This document shows positions 29,016-39,633 of a DNA stretch of 64,000 bases, one piece after another. Position 1 is the stretch's first letter. The number at the start of each line of letters is the position of its first letter. A program made the position numbers and the translations under genes. The notes under the pieces were generated by a model. The model was given only the letters and a program-made list of their open reading frames with translations. It was not told where the DNA came from and made no database searches. Location: contig JAOPTR010000016.1 in assembly GCA_051531935.1 (NCBI GenBank), forward strand, positions 493,766 to 557,765. The letters are read 5' to 3'. The stretch comes from Hyphomicrobiales bacterium (GTDB taxonomy: Bacteria > Pseudomonadota > Alphaproteobacteria > Rhizobiales > OSC116).

Positions 29016-29061
29016 CCCCTACTACCCATATATATAGAGTATAATTACTAAGGATATTTAG

Positions 29062-29976
29062 ATGGCAAGCACTAAGCTTTACCAAATTTTAAATGTAAGC
29101 AAAAATGTAGATGATAAAGAGCTTAAATCTGCATATCGTAAGCTTGCCAAAAAATATCATCCCGATTCAAATAAAGACAATCCCAAAGCCGCAGATCAAT
29201 TCACCAAAATCAGTAACGCCTACGATGTCCTAAAAGACAAAGAAAAACGCCAGCAATATGATTCAGGTATGATTGATGATGATGGCAAACAGACAGGCTA
29301 TGGCGCCAACCCATTTGGTGGTGGCAATCCGTTTGGCCAAGGCCGCCCACGCCAAGGCGGCAACCCATTCGGTGGCAGCTCACAAGGTGGTTTCGAAGAT
29401 GTATTTTCCGATCTATTCGGTGGTGGCGGCATGGGCGGCCAACCACGCCCACAAAAAGGCCAAGATGCACAATTGCGGGTCACACTAAGTTTTGAAGATG
29501 CCGCCCTTGGCACAAGCCAACAAGTGCGCAACGGCTCTGGCAAACTCATCAATGCCAAAATACCTGCAGGTGTTGAAGATGCCCAATCCATCAGGCTCAA
29601 AGGCCAAGGAAGCCCCTCTCATAATGGCGGCCCCAATGGCGATCTATTGCTCAAAATAGCCATTTTACCACATAGCTTCTACAAAAGAGATGGCGTAGAC
29701 ATCCGTGTTGAGCAAGATGTCTCATTAGATGATGCCGTATTAGGCGAAAAAATCAACATCAACACCATTCATGGCAAAATCGCCCTGCGCCTACCGCGCG
29801 GTGTCAGCTCTGGCAAAACATTCCGCCTCAAAGGCAAAGGCATCACTTCAGGCCCAAATACAGGTGATCAATTTGTAAAAATACTCATCACCCTGCCCGA
29901 GGAAGAAGATAAAGACCTACTGTCTCTTATGAAGCAATGGGCTAAAGACAAGTTATCACTAAAGTCAGACGCATAA
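29062..29976 (+). CDS. cbpA: DnaJ-class co-chaperone without zinc finger (CbpA-like)
   Basis: J domain (LYQILNVSKNVDDKELKSAYRKLAKKYHPD), a G/F-rich linker and a DnaJ C-terminal domain. There are no CxxCxGxG repeats. Confidence 0.75.
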   Translation: MASTKLYQILNVSKNVDDKELKSAYRKLAKKYHPDSNKDNPKAADQFTKISNAYDVLKDKEKRQQYDSGMIDDDGKQTGYGANPFGGGNPFGQGRPRQGGNPFGGSSQGGFEDVFSDLFGGGGMGGQPRPQKGQDAQLRVTLSFEDAALGTSQQVRNGSGKLINAKIPAGVEDAQSIRLKGQGSPSHNGGPNGDLLLKIAILPHSFYKRDGVDIRVEQDVSLDDAVLGEKININTIHGKIALRLPRGVSSGKTFRLKGKGITSGPNTGDQFVKILITLPEEEDKDLLSLMKQWAKDKLSLKSDA

Positions 29977-30051
29977 CATCCTTGCGTCAACGCCAATGAT
30001 TGAATATATATTATATATTGAATTTTGCGGAAAATATCGAATGGAAAAATC

Positions 30052-30870
30052 ATGAATAATATAATGCAAGGTAAGCGCGGCCTCATCATGGGCGTAGCCA
30101 ATAACCGTTCTATTGCTTTTGGCATCGCCAAAGCTTTCACTTCACAAGGCGCCGAAATTGCACTTTCTTATCAAGATGAAAAAATTCTAAAACGTGTGCA
30201 AAAAGTTGCAGATGAACTGAAATGCGACACATTATACGAATGCGATGTTACCAATGACGCGAGCCTAGATGCGATGTTCGATGCCCTCAAAGAAAAATGG
30301 GGTACAATTGATTTTGTGGTTCACGCATTGGCTTTTTCCGATAAAGACGAGCTGGTTGGCCGCTATGTTAATACAACTTCAGCTAACTTTAATATGACGA
30401 TGAATATCTCATGTTATTCATTCACAGCAGTCGCTCAACGTGCCGAAAAATTAATGCCTAATGGCGGCGCATTACTCACTCTCACCTATTATGGTGCCGA
30501 GCGCGTTATGCCTCATTATAATGTTATGGGCGTTGCCAAAGCTGCTCTAGAAGCCAGCGTTCGCTACCTTGCGGTCGATCTAGGCTCCAACCAAATTCGC
30601 GTTAACGCCATTTCAGCAGGGCCAATTCGCACATTGGCATCAGCAGGCATTGGCGATTTCAAATATATCCTTAAATGGAACCAATATAACTCACCATTGC
30701 AACGCAGCGTGACCATTGATGAAGTCGGCAACAGCGCCCTTTATCTATGTTCAGACCTTGGCACCGCTGTCACAGGCGAAACCCATCATGTCGATAGTGG
30801 TTACCATGTTGTGGGTATGAAGCAAGTCGATGCACCCGACATTTCAACCGTTGAAGTTAAATTAGATTAA
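30052..30870 (+). CDS. fabI: enoyl-[acyl-carrier-protein] reductase (NADH)
   Basis: MNNIMQGKRGLIMGVANNRSIAFGIA, YNVMGVAKAALEASVRYLA and NAISAGPIRTLA. Confidence 0.92.
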   Translation: MNNIMQGKRGLIMGVANNRSIAFGIAKAFTSQGAEIALSYQDEKILKRVQKVADELKCDTLYECDVTNDASLDAMFDALKEKWGTIDFVVHALAFSDKDELVGRYVNTTSANFNMTMNISCYSFTAVAQRAEKLMPNGGALLTLTYYGAERVMPHYNVMGVAKAALEASVRYLAVDLGSNQIRVNAISAGPIRTLASAGIGDFKYILKWNQYNSPLQRSVTIDEVGNSALYLCSDLGTAVTGETHHVDSGYHVVGMKQVDAPDISTVEVKLD

Positions 30871-30882
30871 GAGTCCTGCCCC

Positions 30883-31968
30883 ATGTCTTATAATATTTTT
30901 GGTCATGTATTTAAATTTATGACGTGGGGTGAAAGCCACGGCCCTGCCATTGGCTGTGTTGTCGATGGCTGCCCACCCAATCTACCAATTGACGTGGCCG
31001 AAATACAAAAATTTCTAGATTTACGCAAACCGGGCAAAACCCGTTTCGAAACCCAGCGCCAAGAGGCCGATCTGGTTAAAATCTTGTCTGGCGTGTTCGA
31101 AAATGAAGATGGTGTGTTAGTGTCAACTGGCACGCCCATAAGCCTGATGATCGAAAATACCGATCAACGCTCTAAAGACTATGGCGAAATTAAAAATCAA
31201 TATCGCCCAGGTCATGCCGATTTCACATATCAGAATAAATACGGCATTCGCGACCATCGTGGTGGTGGCCGTTCGAGTGCACGTGAAACAGCAATGCGGG
31301 TGGCAGCCGGTGGTGTTGCACGCCAAGTGATTTCAGACATTAAAATCACAGGTGCATTGGTACAAATTGGCGATTTAAAAATAAATTACGACAATTGGGA
31401 TGACGCACAAACCTCACAAAATCCATTTTTCTGCCCAGATGCCGAAATGGTGCCAAAGTGGGAAACCTATTTAGACAAAATCCGCAAATCAGGTTCTTCC
31501 GTCGGTGCTGTCATCGAAATACGCGCATCCAACGTTCCTGTTGGTTTAGGCGCGCCTATTTATGCAAAATTAGATCAAGATTTAGCTTCGGCTATGATGA
31601 GCATCAATGCCGTTAAATCAGTTGAAATTGGAGCAGGCAGCGATGCAGCGTCTTTAACTGGTGAAGAAAATGCCGATCAAATACGCTTGGACGTCAATGG
31701 CGAACCTGTATTTCTCAGTAATAATGCAGGCGGTATATTAGGCGGTATAAGCTCAGGTCAAGATGTTGTGGTGCGCTTTGCAGTTAAACCAACTTCAAGC
31801 ATCCTCACCAAACGCCAATCAATAGATAAGTTCGGCAAAGAGGTCGATGTGATGACCAAAGGCCGTCACGACCCATGTGTTGGCATTCGTGCTGTGCCCG
31901 TTGGCGAAGCGATGATGGCAGTTGTATTGGCCGATCATTTCTTACTTAATCGCGCTCAAAATGGCTGA
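30883..31968 (+). CDS. aroC: chorismate synthase
   Basis: [36 protein letters not shown] and [10 protein letters not shown]. Confidence 0.95.
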   Translation: MSYNIFGHVFKFMTWGESHGPAIGCVVDGCPPNLPIDVAEIQKFLDLRKPGKTRFETQRQEADLVKILSGVFENEDGVLVSTGTPISLMIENTDQRSKDYGEIKNQYRPGHADFTYQNKYGIRDHRGGGRSSARETAMRVAAGGVARQVISDIKITGALVQIGDLKINYDNWDDAQTSQNPFFCPDAEMVPKWETYLDKIRKSGSSVGAVIEIRASNVPVGLGAPIYAKLDQDLASAMMSINAVKSVEIGAGSDAASLTGEENADQIRLDVNGEPVFLSNNAGGILGGISSGQDVVVRFAVKPTSSILTKRQSIDKFGKEVDVMTKGRHDPCVGIRAVPVGEAMMAVVLADHFLLNRAQNG

Positions 31969-32686
31969 TTTTCATTACAAGCATCCAAGGTTAGCCGCAT
32001 TATATGACCATGATTCTGGTTGGTCAGAAAATCGTGAATTTTATCTAAGATTAGCTGGCAATACACCCGAACATATTCTCGATATAGGATGCGGCACAGG
32101 GCTCATTTGTAATGCCTATGCAGCCAAGGCACATAAAGTCACAGGTATAGACCCTTCACCTACCATGCTTAATATTGCACGCAGCACTGGTTTTGGAAAA
32201 AACATAACTTGGGTCGAAGCTTTTGCTCAAAATTTCAAATTAGACCAAAAATTCGACCTCATCATAATGACTGGTCATACGTTTCAAGTATTATTAACCG
32301 ATGAAGATGTGTTGAGCATGTTAAAAACAGTCAAAAAACATCTTAAACCTTATGGAAAATTTGTATTTGAATCAAGAAATCCAGAAATAGATTGGGCAAC
32401 AAAATGGAACCACAACTATACTCTGGAAATAAAAGATCAAAAAATTTACGTCGAAACCAAGGTATTGTCTGATACAGACGAAATCATAACATTCGATCAT
32501 TATTATGATTTTGGTGACGAACGCCTCGTCTCAAGAAGCAATTTACGCTTCATGTCCAAAGACAGGATTGCCGCTTGCATTACACAAGCGGGCTTATCAC
32601 TCAAAAATATTGTCGGAGATTGGGAAGGTAATGATTTCCATTCCACCAAGTCTTCCGAAATGATTTTTACCCTACATGTAGGATAA
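31961..32686 (+). CDS. class I SAM-dependent methyltransferase
   Basis: SAM motif [11 protein letters not shown]. The ATG overlaps the end of aroC by 8 nt. Confidence 0.75.
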   Translation: MADFHYKHPRLAALYDHDSGWSENREFYLRLAGNTPEHILDIGCGTGLICNAYAAKAHKVTGIDPSPTMLNIARSTGFGKNITWVEAFAQNFKLDQKFDLIIMTGHTFQVLLTDEDVLSMLKTVKKHLKPYGKFVFESRNPEIDWATKWNHNYTLEIKDQKIYVETKVLSDTDEIITFDHYYDFGDERLVSRSNLRFMSKDRIAACITQAGLSLKNIVGDWEGNDFHSTKSSEMIFTLHVG

Positions 32687-32940
32687 AATCCAACGGTTTT
32701 GCATCTGCGCGAGATGTCGCGGCATCTTTATTGTTAGTTTGTTGTCTGTCACTTGTTAGCCATGCATTGATTGCTGAAATAATAATACGCATTTGAAATT
32801 CCCTTACTCACTCAAAATGTTAAACTGTTTTCCCCTGTCCTAAATCCTGCCCGAAAAAAGTTAACAAAAGTTAACAGGACAGCAGGAGAGTGTTTTCAAA
32901 GTGAACCAATAATTTCAAATTTCATTAAAATTTTATATAA

Positions 32941-33144
32941 TTAAGCAGCTTCATTTTGCGTAGAGCGCTGTATATTGGCGGGTTTGCGTATAGGTTGGAT
33001 AGATGACGATCGGAGCTTTTTCTGGGCTTTGTCCTGTGGTCTATTTTGGCCTTTAAACCAAAAACCAAAACAATATCCAATAATGAATATAATAATACTC
33101 ACCTGAAAAATCATTTTCCCCAAACTTAAAACTAAAAATTTCAT
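32941..33144 (-). CDS. small hypothetical membrane protein (67 aa)
   Basis: One clear TM helix (IFQVSIIIFIIGYCFGFWF) followed by a basic tail. An AAAGG-type SD lies upstream. No family was recognised. Confidence 0.3.
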   Translation of the reverse strand: MKFLVLSLGKMIFQVSIIIFIIGYCFGFWFKGQNRPQDKAQKKLRSSSIQPIRKPANIQRSTQNEAA

Positions 33145-33249
33145 CGTCTCAACCTTTCACCCCCGATAAATAAATGTTGCGTTAGCCATTTAAGTGTCGG
33201 TCAAAAAGATTAATAAAATTTTATTTAAATTTTAGACTTGTCATTCTAG

Positions 33250-33264
33250 GTTAATTAAAGCTTA
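33250..33264. promoter_or_regulatory. TTAA-N7-TTAAC (CtrA-type) box
   Basis: TTAATTAAAGCTTAAC overlaps the stop codon of the RNA methyltransferase gene. It is about 105 bp upstream of the 67-aa ORF. Confidence 0.25.
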
Positions 33265-34509
33265 ACGGCTTAGATGTGCCACCAGCTCCAAATGAGCCGC
33301 ATATTTAAACTGATCAATTGCCGCTAAGTGCTGAATTGTAAAGCCTGCAGCAATGAGCTTTTCAGCATCTTTTGCAAAAGTGATGGGGTTACAACTAATG
33401 TAAACCACATCAGATATCTTACTATCACAAATCTGCTTCACTTGCTCTTCGGCCCCTGCCCGTGGCGGGTCAATAATCGCAGATGCGTATTTGTTCAACT
33501 CATCTTTAAATAATGGGCGCCTATATAAGTCACGCGCTGTCGCGGTTACAGATTTCAACTTAAGCTCAGCTTTACCGCCAGCTTTGTTAAAACCAGTTTG
33601 CAAAGCTTGGATGGCAAATTTATCATAATCAAATGCATCAATTTGATGGCTCTTTGCCAACGCAAATGTAAAAGTACCAATGCCTGCAAACAGGTCAACA
33701 ATATCGCCTTTTTTATCGGCCAAAAAGCGCTTTACGTAACCACTCATGGTCAATTCAGCAGCTTTCATAGCTTGCATAAAGCCTGCCGCAACAGGCGTCA
33801 CACTCACACCGTCAAAATTTTCAAAAATGTCTTTTCGCTGAATAATCAACTCACCATTAATCACCAATCTGGCAAAATCAAGTTTCTCAGCTTGCTCATT
33901 TACATAATTTATCTCGTCATATGAATGGTCATACTTCACATTGTCTAACGAAATCTCAATCACCCCACTGTAATCAGTCAGGTTAATTTGGCTCACACCC
34001 TTACGGCTCATCAATGGCTTGATAAAATCAGCTAATTTCGGAATGATTTCTAGTAGATTACTGGTGATAATCGGGCATTCTTCAAGCGGAATAATGTCAT
34101 GGCTTTGCGCTTTGCTATAACCAATCATAATGGTCTTTTTTGTGCGTTTCGCAGCCAATTTCACCCGACGTCGGCGGTTTAAATCATCTTTTGCTTCATC
34201 AAAAGTGATAAAATCATCAATTTTTTTGTCTATATTTTGCTGCTCAAGTGCATATATAAGCGCTTTTTGCTTCCAGTCAGCGTAAAATTCAGCGTCCATA
34301 TGTTGGGCACTGCATGAGCCACATTTGGTAAAATGCTTGCATTTGGCTTTTATACGATGTGGCGATGGCTCAATAATTTTAGAGAGCTTCAAAGCAGCAT
34401 CTAGCTGTACAACTTCTTGCGGCAGCGCGTATGGTATAAATATGGTTTCACCATCAGCTGTGGCAATCCCGTGGCCTTTGTGGCCAATATTCTCAATTGT
34501 AATTTGCAT
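33262..34509 (-). CDS. RumA/RlmD-family RNA (uracil-C5)-methyltransferase
   Basis: 415 aa with an N-terminal TRAM-like fold, a Cys cluster (CKHFTKCGSCSAQHM), SAM motif DLFAGIGTF and the catalytic YISCNP. Confidence 0.8.
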   Translation of the reverse strand: MQITIENIGHKGHGIATADGETIFIPYALPQEVVQLDAALKLSKIIEPSPHRIKAKCKHFTKCGSCSAQHMDAEFYADWKQKALIYALEQQNIDKKIDDFITFDEAKDDLNRRRRVKLAAKRTKKTIMIGYSKAQSHDIIPLEECPIITSNLLEIIPKLADFIKPLMSRKGVSQINLTDYSGVIEISLDNVKYDHSYDEINYVNEQAEKLDFARLVINGELIIQRKDIFENFDGVSVTPVAAGFMQAMKAAELTMSGYVKRFLADKKGDIVDLFAGIGTFTFALAKSHQIDAFDYDKFAIQALQTGFNKAGGKAELKLKSVTATARDLYRRPLFKDELNKYASAIIDPPRAGAEEQVKQICDSKISDVVYISCNPITFAKDAEKLIAAGFTIQHLAAIDQFKYAAHLELVAHLSR

Positions 34510-34542
34510 AAATTCGATCTTTTATGGGGTAAAAATCTTTAA

Positions 34543-36435
34543 TTAGAGTGCTTTTTTCACACTCTCAATAATCGCTTCCGCGTTCAATCCTGCTTCATCA
34601 TACATTTTTTTAGGTGAATTATGATTGATATATGTATCAGGTAAATATAAAGGTCTAAATTTCAAACCTTGGCTTAAAGCATCGGTTTTAGCTAAACGAT
34701 CAAGCACCATGCTGCTAAACCCGCCAATAGAGCCTTCTTCAACGCTAAGCATAACTTTATGGTTCGTAGCCAACTCGTCAATCAAGCCTGTGTCAATTGG
34801 TTTGGCAAATCGTGCATCCGCTACAGTTACTGAAATACCTTCAGCTTCCAACGTTTCTGCAGCTTTTAGGCATTCCTCTAAACGTGTACCAAGGCTCAAT
34901 ATAGCCACGTCAGTACCCGCTTTTACAATTTTACCCTTGCCAATTTCAAGCGGCACACCAACTTCAGGAATTTCAATACCAACACCTTCACCGCGTGGAT
35001 ATCTAAACGCTATTGGGCCATCATCATAAGCCGCTGCTGTTGCCACCATATGCACCAATTCAGCTTCATCACTTGCCGCCATCACAACCATGTTAGGCAA
35101 TGCCACCAAGAAGCCAATGTCAAAGCTACCTGCATGTGTCGGGCCATCTGCCCCCACCAAACCAGCACGGTCAATGGCAAATCTAACAGGCAAGTTTTGA
35201 ATCGCTACATCATGTACAATTTGGTCATACCCGCGTTGTAAAAATGTCGAATATAAAGCTGCAAAAGGTTTCAAACCTTCACAGGCCATACCAGCAGCCG
35301 AAGTTACAACAGTTTGCTCAGCAATGCCCATATCAAAACAACGGTCAGGAAATTCATCCTGAAAATCCACCAAGCCAGAACCAGATAACATTGCAGGTGT
35401 TAAGGCCACAATTCTATCATCTTTGCGCGCTTCTTTAATCAGGCTATCACCAAATACATCTTGATATTTCGGTGCATTGGCAATGCTCTTAGCCCGCTCA
35501 CCCGTTTTCACGTCAAATTTACCAACACCATGATATTTATCATTGCTGTTTTCGGCAGGTGCATAGCCCTTGCCTTTAACTGTTTTTAAATGCAGCAATA
35601 TCGGCTTGTCTTCTTCGTCTTTTATGTTGCGCAAAACAGGCAGCAATTCATCTAAATTATGGCCGTCTACCACGCCCACATAATAAAAGCCCATGGCCTC
35701 AAAAAATGCACCGCCGCCCGATAATAATGTACGGGTATATTCTTCGGTTTGCGCCAATGCGTAACCAACAGGTCTTGGCAGTTTACGCGCAACTTTTTTA
35801 CCAAAGTCCCGCATTGCCATATAAGTATCACCACTTAAATGGCGGGCAAAATAAGCCGACATTGCGCCCACAGGTCGGTCGATAGACATATCATTATCAT
35901 TTAAAACAACAATCAATCGACCCTTGGTCAAATGCGCATTATTCATAGCTTCATAAGCCATGCCAGCAGTAATAGAGCCATCACCAATCACAGCAATAAT
36001 ATTGTGTTTTTCGCCCTTAATGTCGCGTGCCAAAGCCATACCCACACCTGCCGATATAGAGGTCGAGCTATGTCCAGCACCAAATACGTCATGTTCACTT
36101 TCGGCTCGTTTGGTAAAACCAGACAAACCACCGCCTTGGCGAATGGTATGCATGCGGTCACGTCGGCCTGTGAGTATTTTATGCGGGTAAACTTGGTGTC
36201 CTACATCCCAAATAATTTTGTCCGTAGGGGTATCAAAAACTTTATGCAATGCCACAGTTAATTCAACAACACCCAAACCAGCGCCTAAATGCCCACCTGT
36301 GTAGGATACCGAATCAATCATATCAGCACGCACTTCTTCGGCCAATTGCTGTAAATCAATATCATCAATATTACGCACATCTTCAGCGTTTTTTATGGTG
36401 TCTAATAATGGGGTTTCTAGTTTATTGTCTGTCAC
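34543..36435 (-). CDS. dxs: 1-deoxy-D-xylulose-5-phosphate synthase
   Basis: 630 aa with [28 protein letters not shown] and [17 protein letters not shown]. Confidence 0.95.
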   Translation of the reverse strand: MTDNKLETPLLDTIKNAEDVRNIDDIDLQQLAEEVRADMIDSVSYTGGHLGAGLGVVELTVALHKVFDTPTDKIIWDVGHQVYPHKILTGRRDRMHTIRQGGGLSGFTKRAESEHDVFGAGHSSTSISAGVGMALARDIKGEKHNIIAVIGDGSITAGMAYEAMNNAHLTKGRLIVVLNDNDMSIDRPVGAMSAYFARHLSGDTYMAMRDFGKKVARKLPRPVGYALAQTEEYTRTLLSGGGAFFEAMGFYYVGVVDGHNLDELLPVLRNIKDEEDKPILLHLKTVKGKGYAPAENSNDKYHGVGKFDVKTGERAKSIANAPKYQDVFGDSLIKEARKDDRIVALTPAMLSGSGLVDFQDEFPDRCFDMGIAEQTVVTSAAGMACEGLKPFAALYSTFLQRGYDQIVHDVAIQNLPVRFAIDRAGLVGADGPTHAGSFDIGFLVALPNMVVMAASDEAELVHMVATAAAYDDGPIAFRYPRGEGVGIEIPEVGVPLEIGKGKIVKAGTDVAILSLGTRLEECLKAAETLEAEGISVTVADARFAKPIDTGLIDELATNHKVMLSVEEGSIGGFSSMVLDRLAKTDALSQGLKFRPLYLPDTYINHNSPKKMYDEAGLNAEAIIESVKKAL

Positions 36436-36461
36436 TTAAAATTACTCAATTCAAATTGCAA

Positions 36462-36695
36462 TTATAACTCAGCGGCTTGTGTGCCTTGTATTTCACCATT
36501 GGAAAGGTTTATTTTCTCAACCCGAGCTTCCGCTTCTTGCAATTTCTGGCTGCAATATTCCTTGAGTTTTTCACCACGTTCATATTGAGCGATAGATTTA
36601 TCTAATTCAATATTACCACTTTCTAGGGTCTTCACAATTTGTTCAAGCTCTGCAAGTGCTTGCTCAAATGTTAAGTCTCGAATATTATCGCCCAT
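36462..36695 (-). CDS. xseB: exodeoxyribonuclease VII small subunit
   Basis: 77 aa with FEQALAELEQIVKTLESGNIELDKSIAQYERG. The xseB-dxs linkage is conserved. Confidence 0.9.
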   Translation of the reverse strand: MGDNIRDLTFEQALAELEQIVKTLESGNIELDKSIAQYERGEKLKEYCSQKLQEAEARVEKINLSNGEIQGTQAAEL

Positions 36696-36826
36696 TATAT
36701 TCTCTCTAAAATTGAATTTTAATGTAATTAATTAAGTCAATTTACTCAATAAGTCCAATTTTATTAAGTCCAAATGTGCAAAACTTTATTTACGAAAGAT
36801 CAACATCTGAGTTTGTAGTATTTTAT

Positions 36827-37702
36827 TCACTTGATGGCTTTCAAACTTACAGGCGCAATCGAGTCCTCTGGCACAAAGAAATCGGGCATTAAGTCGTTAC
36901 TAGCATCCACTCTATATTGGTCAAAATCACGCACACCCTCGTCATATAAAAAACTATCATCAATGATAAATTGACCCGTAAATTCTTTTGAATCCTTAGC
37001 GAATATACGCATAGCAGCATCAGCAATAATTTCTGGTGTGCGCGATGCCAACATAAGCTTTTCACCACCCAATATATTTTTAATGGCTGCTGTGGCAATG
37101 GTCGTACGTGGCCATAATGCGTTCACCGCAATGCCAGCAGAACGCAATTCACCTGCCAAACCCAATACCACCATGCTCATACCAAATTTCGCCATGCTAT
37201 ATGCAACATGCCCCGCAAACCATTTTTCATTCATGTCTAATGGTGGCGAAAGGCTTAAAATATGGGGGTTAGATGCCTTTGCCAAATGTGGAATCGCATA
37301 TTTAGCCACCATAAAAGAGCCACGTGCATTCACTTGGTTCATTAAATCAAACCGCTTCATTTCAGTCTCAAGGGTAGATGTTAAAGAAATCGCAGATGCG
37401 TTATTGATAACAATGTCAATACCGCCAAATGTTTCAACGGTTTTTTCAATTGCCGCTTTCACATGGTCTTCTTCGCGTATGTTAACGCGCAGCGGTAATG
37501 CTTTGCCGCCAAGCGCTTCAATTTCTTCGGCAGCAGTAAAAATTGTACCTTCCAATTTGGGGTGTGGTTTGGTGCTTTTCGCTGCGATGGCTACATTCGC
37601 GCCCTGTTTTGCTGCTGCTTTGGCAATGGCAAGGCCAATCCCACGGCTTGCACCTGTTATAAAAAGAGTTTTGCCTTTTAAGGTTTCACTTGTCATTGTC
37701 AT
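36827..37702 (-). CDS. SDR family oxidoreductase (HSDL2-like)
   Basis: TGASRGIG, NNAS and Y..MAK catalytic motifs. The gene is 5 nt downstream of the acyl-CoA dehydrogenase. Confidence 0.8.
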   Translation of the reverse strand: MTMTSETLKGKTLFITGASRGIGLAIAKAAAKQGANVAIAAKSTKPHPKLEGTIFTAAEEIEALGGKALPLRVNIREEDHVKAAIEKTVETFGGIDIVINNASAISLTSTLETEMKRFDLMNQVNARGSFMVAKYAIPHLAKASNPHILSLSPPLDMNEKWFAGHVAYSMAKFGMSMVVLGLAGELRSAGIAVNALWPRTTIATAAIKNILGGEKLMLASRTPEIIADAAMRIFAKDSKEFTGQFIIDDSFLYDEGVRDFDQYRVDASNDLMPDFFVPEDSIAPVSLKAIK

Positions 37703-37707
37703 CTCTC

Positions 37708-39477
37708 CTATATATCAAACATATCTTCTGGTGCGGCTAATAAAACCTCACTACCATCGGTAATTATCTTGTTTAAGGCAACTGCTTCTGGCAATAGATT
37801 TTCAGCAAAAAATCTCGCCAAATAAACATATTCCGAATCGTTAGAAATTTTACCCGCTGCGTTCACAGCACCTTTAGCAATGTAAAACGCACCCAATAAC
37901 AAGCCCATTAATTTCATATAATTTGTGGCGGCGGCCAATGGCAGGTCAACATCTTGTGCCGCCAAAATCCAAAGTGTAGATTGTTTCGCAGCTTCGGCTG
38001 CGTCTTTAAGCCTGTAAGCGGCTTTGCCATAATCCACGTCAGATTGCATTAATTCATCAGCAAGTATCAAGGCATCATCAATAAAGCGCAACGCTGTGGT
38101 GCCATTGTCCATTTTCAATTTTCGGCCCACTAAATCCATTGCCTGAATGCCATTTGTGCCTTCATATATAGCCGCAATACGCGCATCTCTATAATGCTGG
38201 GCAGCACCTGCTTCTTCAATAAAGCCCATACCACCATGAATCTGCACACCTAATGATGCGGTTTCAATGCCCATATCGGTTGCATAACCCTTGGCAATTG
38301 GCGTTAGAAAATCAGCATTTCTCATAGCAACTTTAGCTTCGTCACCATCCAAAGCCTTGCCCAAATCAAGGTATAAAGCCATTTGATAACATAGCGCGCG
38401 CGATGCCATCGTATAACAACGCTGTTTCAGCAGCATATGTTTGATGTCTGGGTGATTCTTAATCAAGGTCATTTTACCTTGCGGTGTGTCAGCTCTTTTG
38501 CCTTGGGTGCGTTCATTAGCATAATTCAGAGCATGTTGGTAGGCTCTGTCACCAATAGATACGCCCTGTGTCGCTACCATCAAACGGGCATTATTCATCA
38601 TCATAAACATGCCGTTTATGCCTTTGTTTTCTTCCCCAATTAAATAAGCAGTCGCACCATCAAATTCCATGGTGCAAGTCGGGCTGCCATGTATGCCCAT
38701 TTTTTCTTCAAGTCCAATGGCTTCCACCGTGTTTCGCTCACCCAAACTGCCATCCTCATTCACCAAATATTTAGGTACGATGAATAATGACAAACCTTTC
38801 ACACCCTTTGGCGCATCTTCAATGCGTCCCAAAACCAAATGTATTATGTTTTCAGCGCAGTCATGCTCGCCATAGGTGATAAATATTTTTGTGCCGCTAA
38901 TTTTAAAGTCGTCACCATCTCGAACGGCTTTGCTATTTAGCATGCCAAGGTCAGACCCCACATCAGGCTCGGTTAAATTCATAGTGGCCGACCAATTGCC
39001 CGATATAATTTGCTCCAAATATGTCCGCTTTTGAGCTTCTGTGCCCAAATGCGCTATGGTATCAGCAGCGCCTTGGGTTAAAACAGGGCCAATGCCAAAC
39101 GCCATCGAAGCGGCATTCCATAATTCAGTGGTTGCCACGCCCAAAATTGTTGGCAAGCCCTGCCCGCCATATTCAGGGTCGTGCGGCAAACCTGCCCAAC
39201 CTGCTTCACACCAATTTTTATAAGTCTCAGGCCAACCTTTTGCCGTCGTCACTTCGTTAAAAGCATTATCATGCACATGTAACGTTGCCCCTTGGGTATC
39301 ACCAATGCGGTTTAGCGGTGCAATTTCTTGTTCTGCAAATTTAGCCGCTTCAAGCAATACAGCATCCACCAAATCAGCCGAAAGGTCAGTAAATTCTTCT
39401 TTTTCAACCCGTTGTCTAAAATCAGTTATAAAATCAAGTGTAAATTTTATGTCGCTTATGGGTGCTTTATAGGTCAT
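37708..39477 (-). CDS. long acyl-CoA dehydrogenase with C-terminal extension
   Basis: 589 aa with ACAD motifs (LTEPDVGSDLG, IHGGMGFIEE, RIAAIYEGTNGIQ). Confidence 0.85.
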   Translation of the reverse strand: MTYKAPISDIKFTLDFITDFRQRVEKEEFTDLSADLVDAVLLEAAKFAEQEIAPLNRIGDTQGATLHVHDNAFNEVTTAKGWPETYKNWCEAGWAGLPHDPEYGGQGLPTILGVATTELWNAASMAFGIGPVLTQGAADTIAHLGTEAQKRTYLEQIISGNWSATMNLTEPDVGSDLGMLNSKAVRDGDDFKISGTKIFITYGEHDCAENIIHLVLGRIEDAPKGVKGLSLFIVPKYLVNEDGSLGERNTVEAIGLEEKMGIHGSPTCTMEFDGATAYLIGEENKGINGMFMMMNNARLMVATQGVSIGDRAYQHALNYANERTQGKRADTPQGKMTLIKNHPDIKHMLLKQRCYTMASRALCYQMALYLDLGKALDGDEAKVAMRNADFLTPIAKGYATDMGIETASLGVQIHGGMGFIEEAGAAQHYRDARIAAIYEGTNGIQAMDLVGRKLKMDNGTTALRFIDDALILADELMQSDVDYGKAAYRLKDAAEAAKQSTLWILAAQDVDLPLAAATNYMKLMGLLLGAFYIAKGAVNAAGKISNDSEYVYLARFFAENLLPEAVALNKIITDGSEVLLAAPEDMFDI

Positions 39478-39633
39478 TTTTTCCGCCTTTTATGAGTTTG
39501 AATTAAGTTTAGAGTTGCACAGCTGTACAGAGCAAGCTAATTTCTAAAAAACATCAAATTTGGCTTCATTGACCCAACGACAATGGGTATAAGTAGTGCA
39601 AAATAAAAAATAAAGTCATGGTGAAACAACATA

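Noticed and set aside
29985-30051. AT-rich ATTGAAT...ATTGAAT repeat upstream of fabI
   Set aside because: It is a short 7-bp repeat embedded in a TATATA-type low-complexity tract, which is compatible with chance and ordinary promoter AT-richness.
32853-32874. GTTAACTTTTGTTAAC as a CtrA box
   Set aside because: The two TTAA units are separated by 6 nt, not 7, so it does not fit TTAA-N7-TTAA. I kept it only as a tandem repeat within the spacer finding.
37038-37763. 241-aa + strand ORF
   Set aside because: It lies fully antisense to the SDR gene, which has clear TGASRGIG/NNAS/YxxxK motifs. Its translation is low-complexity (Ala/Ser/Pro/Phe-rich) with no recognisable motif or RBS. It is a shadow ORF.
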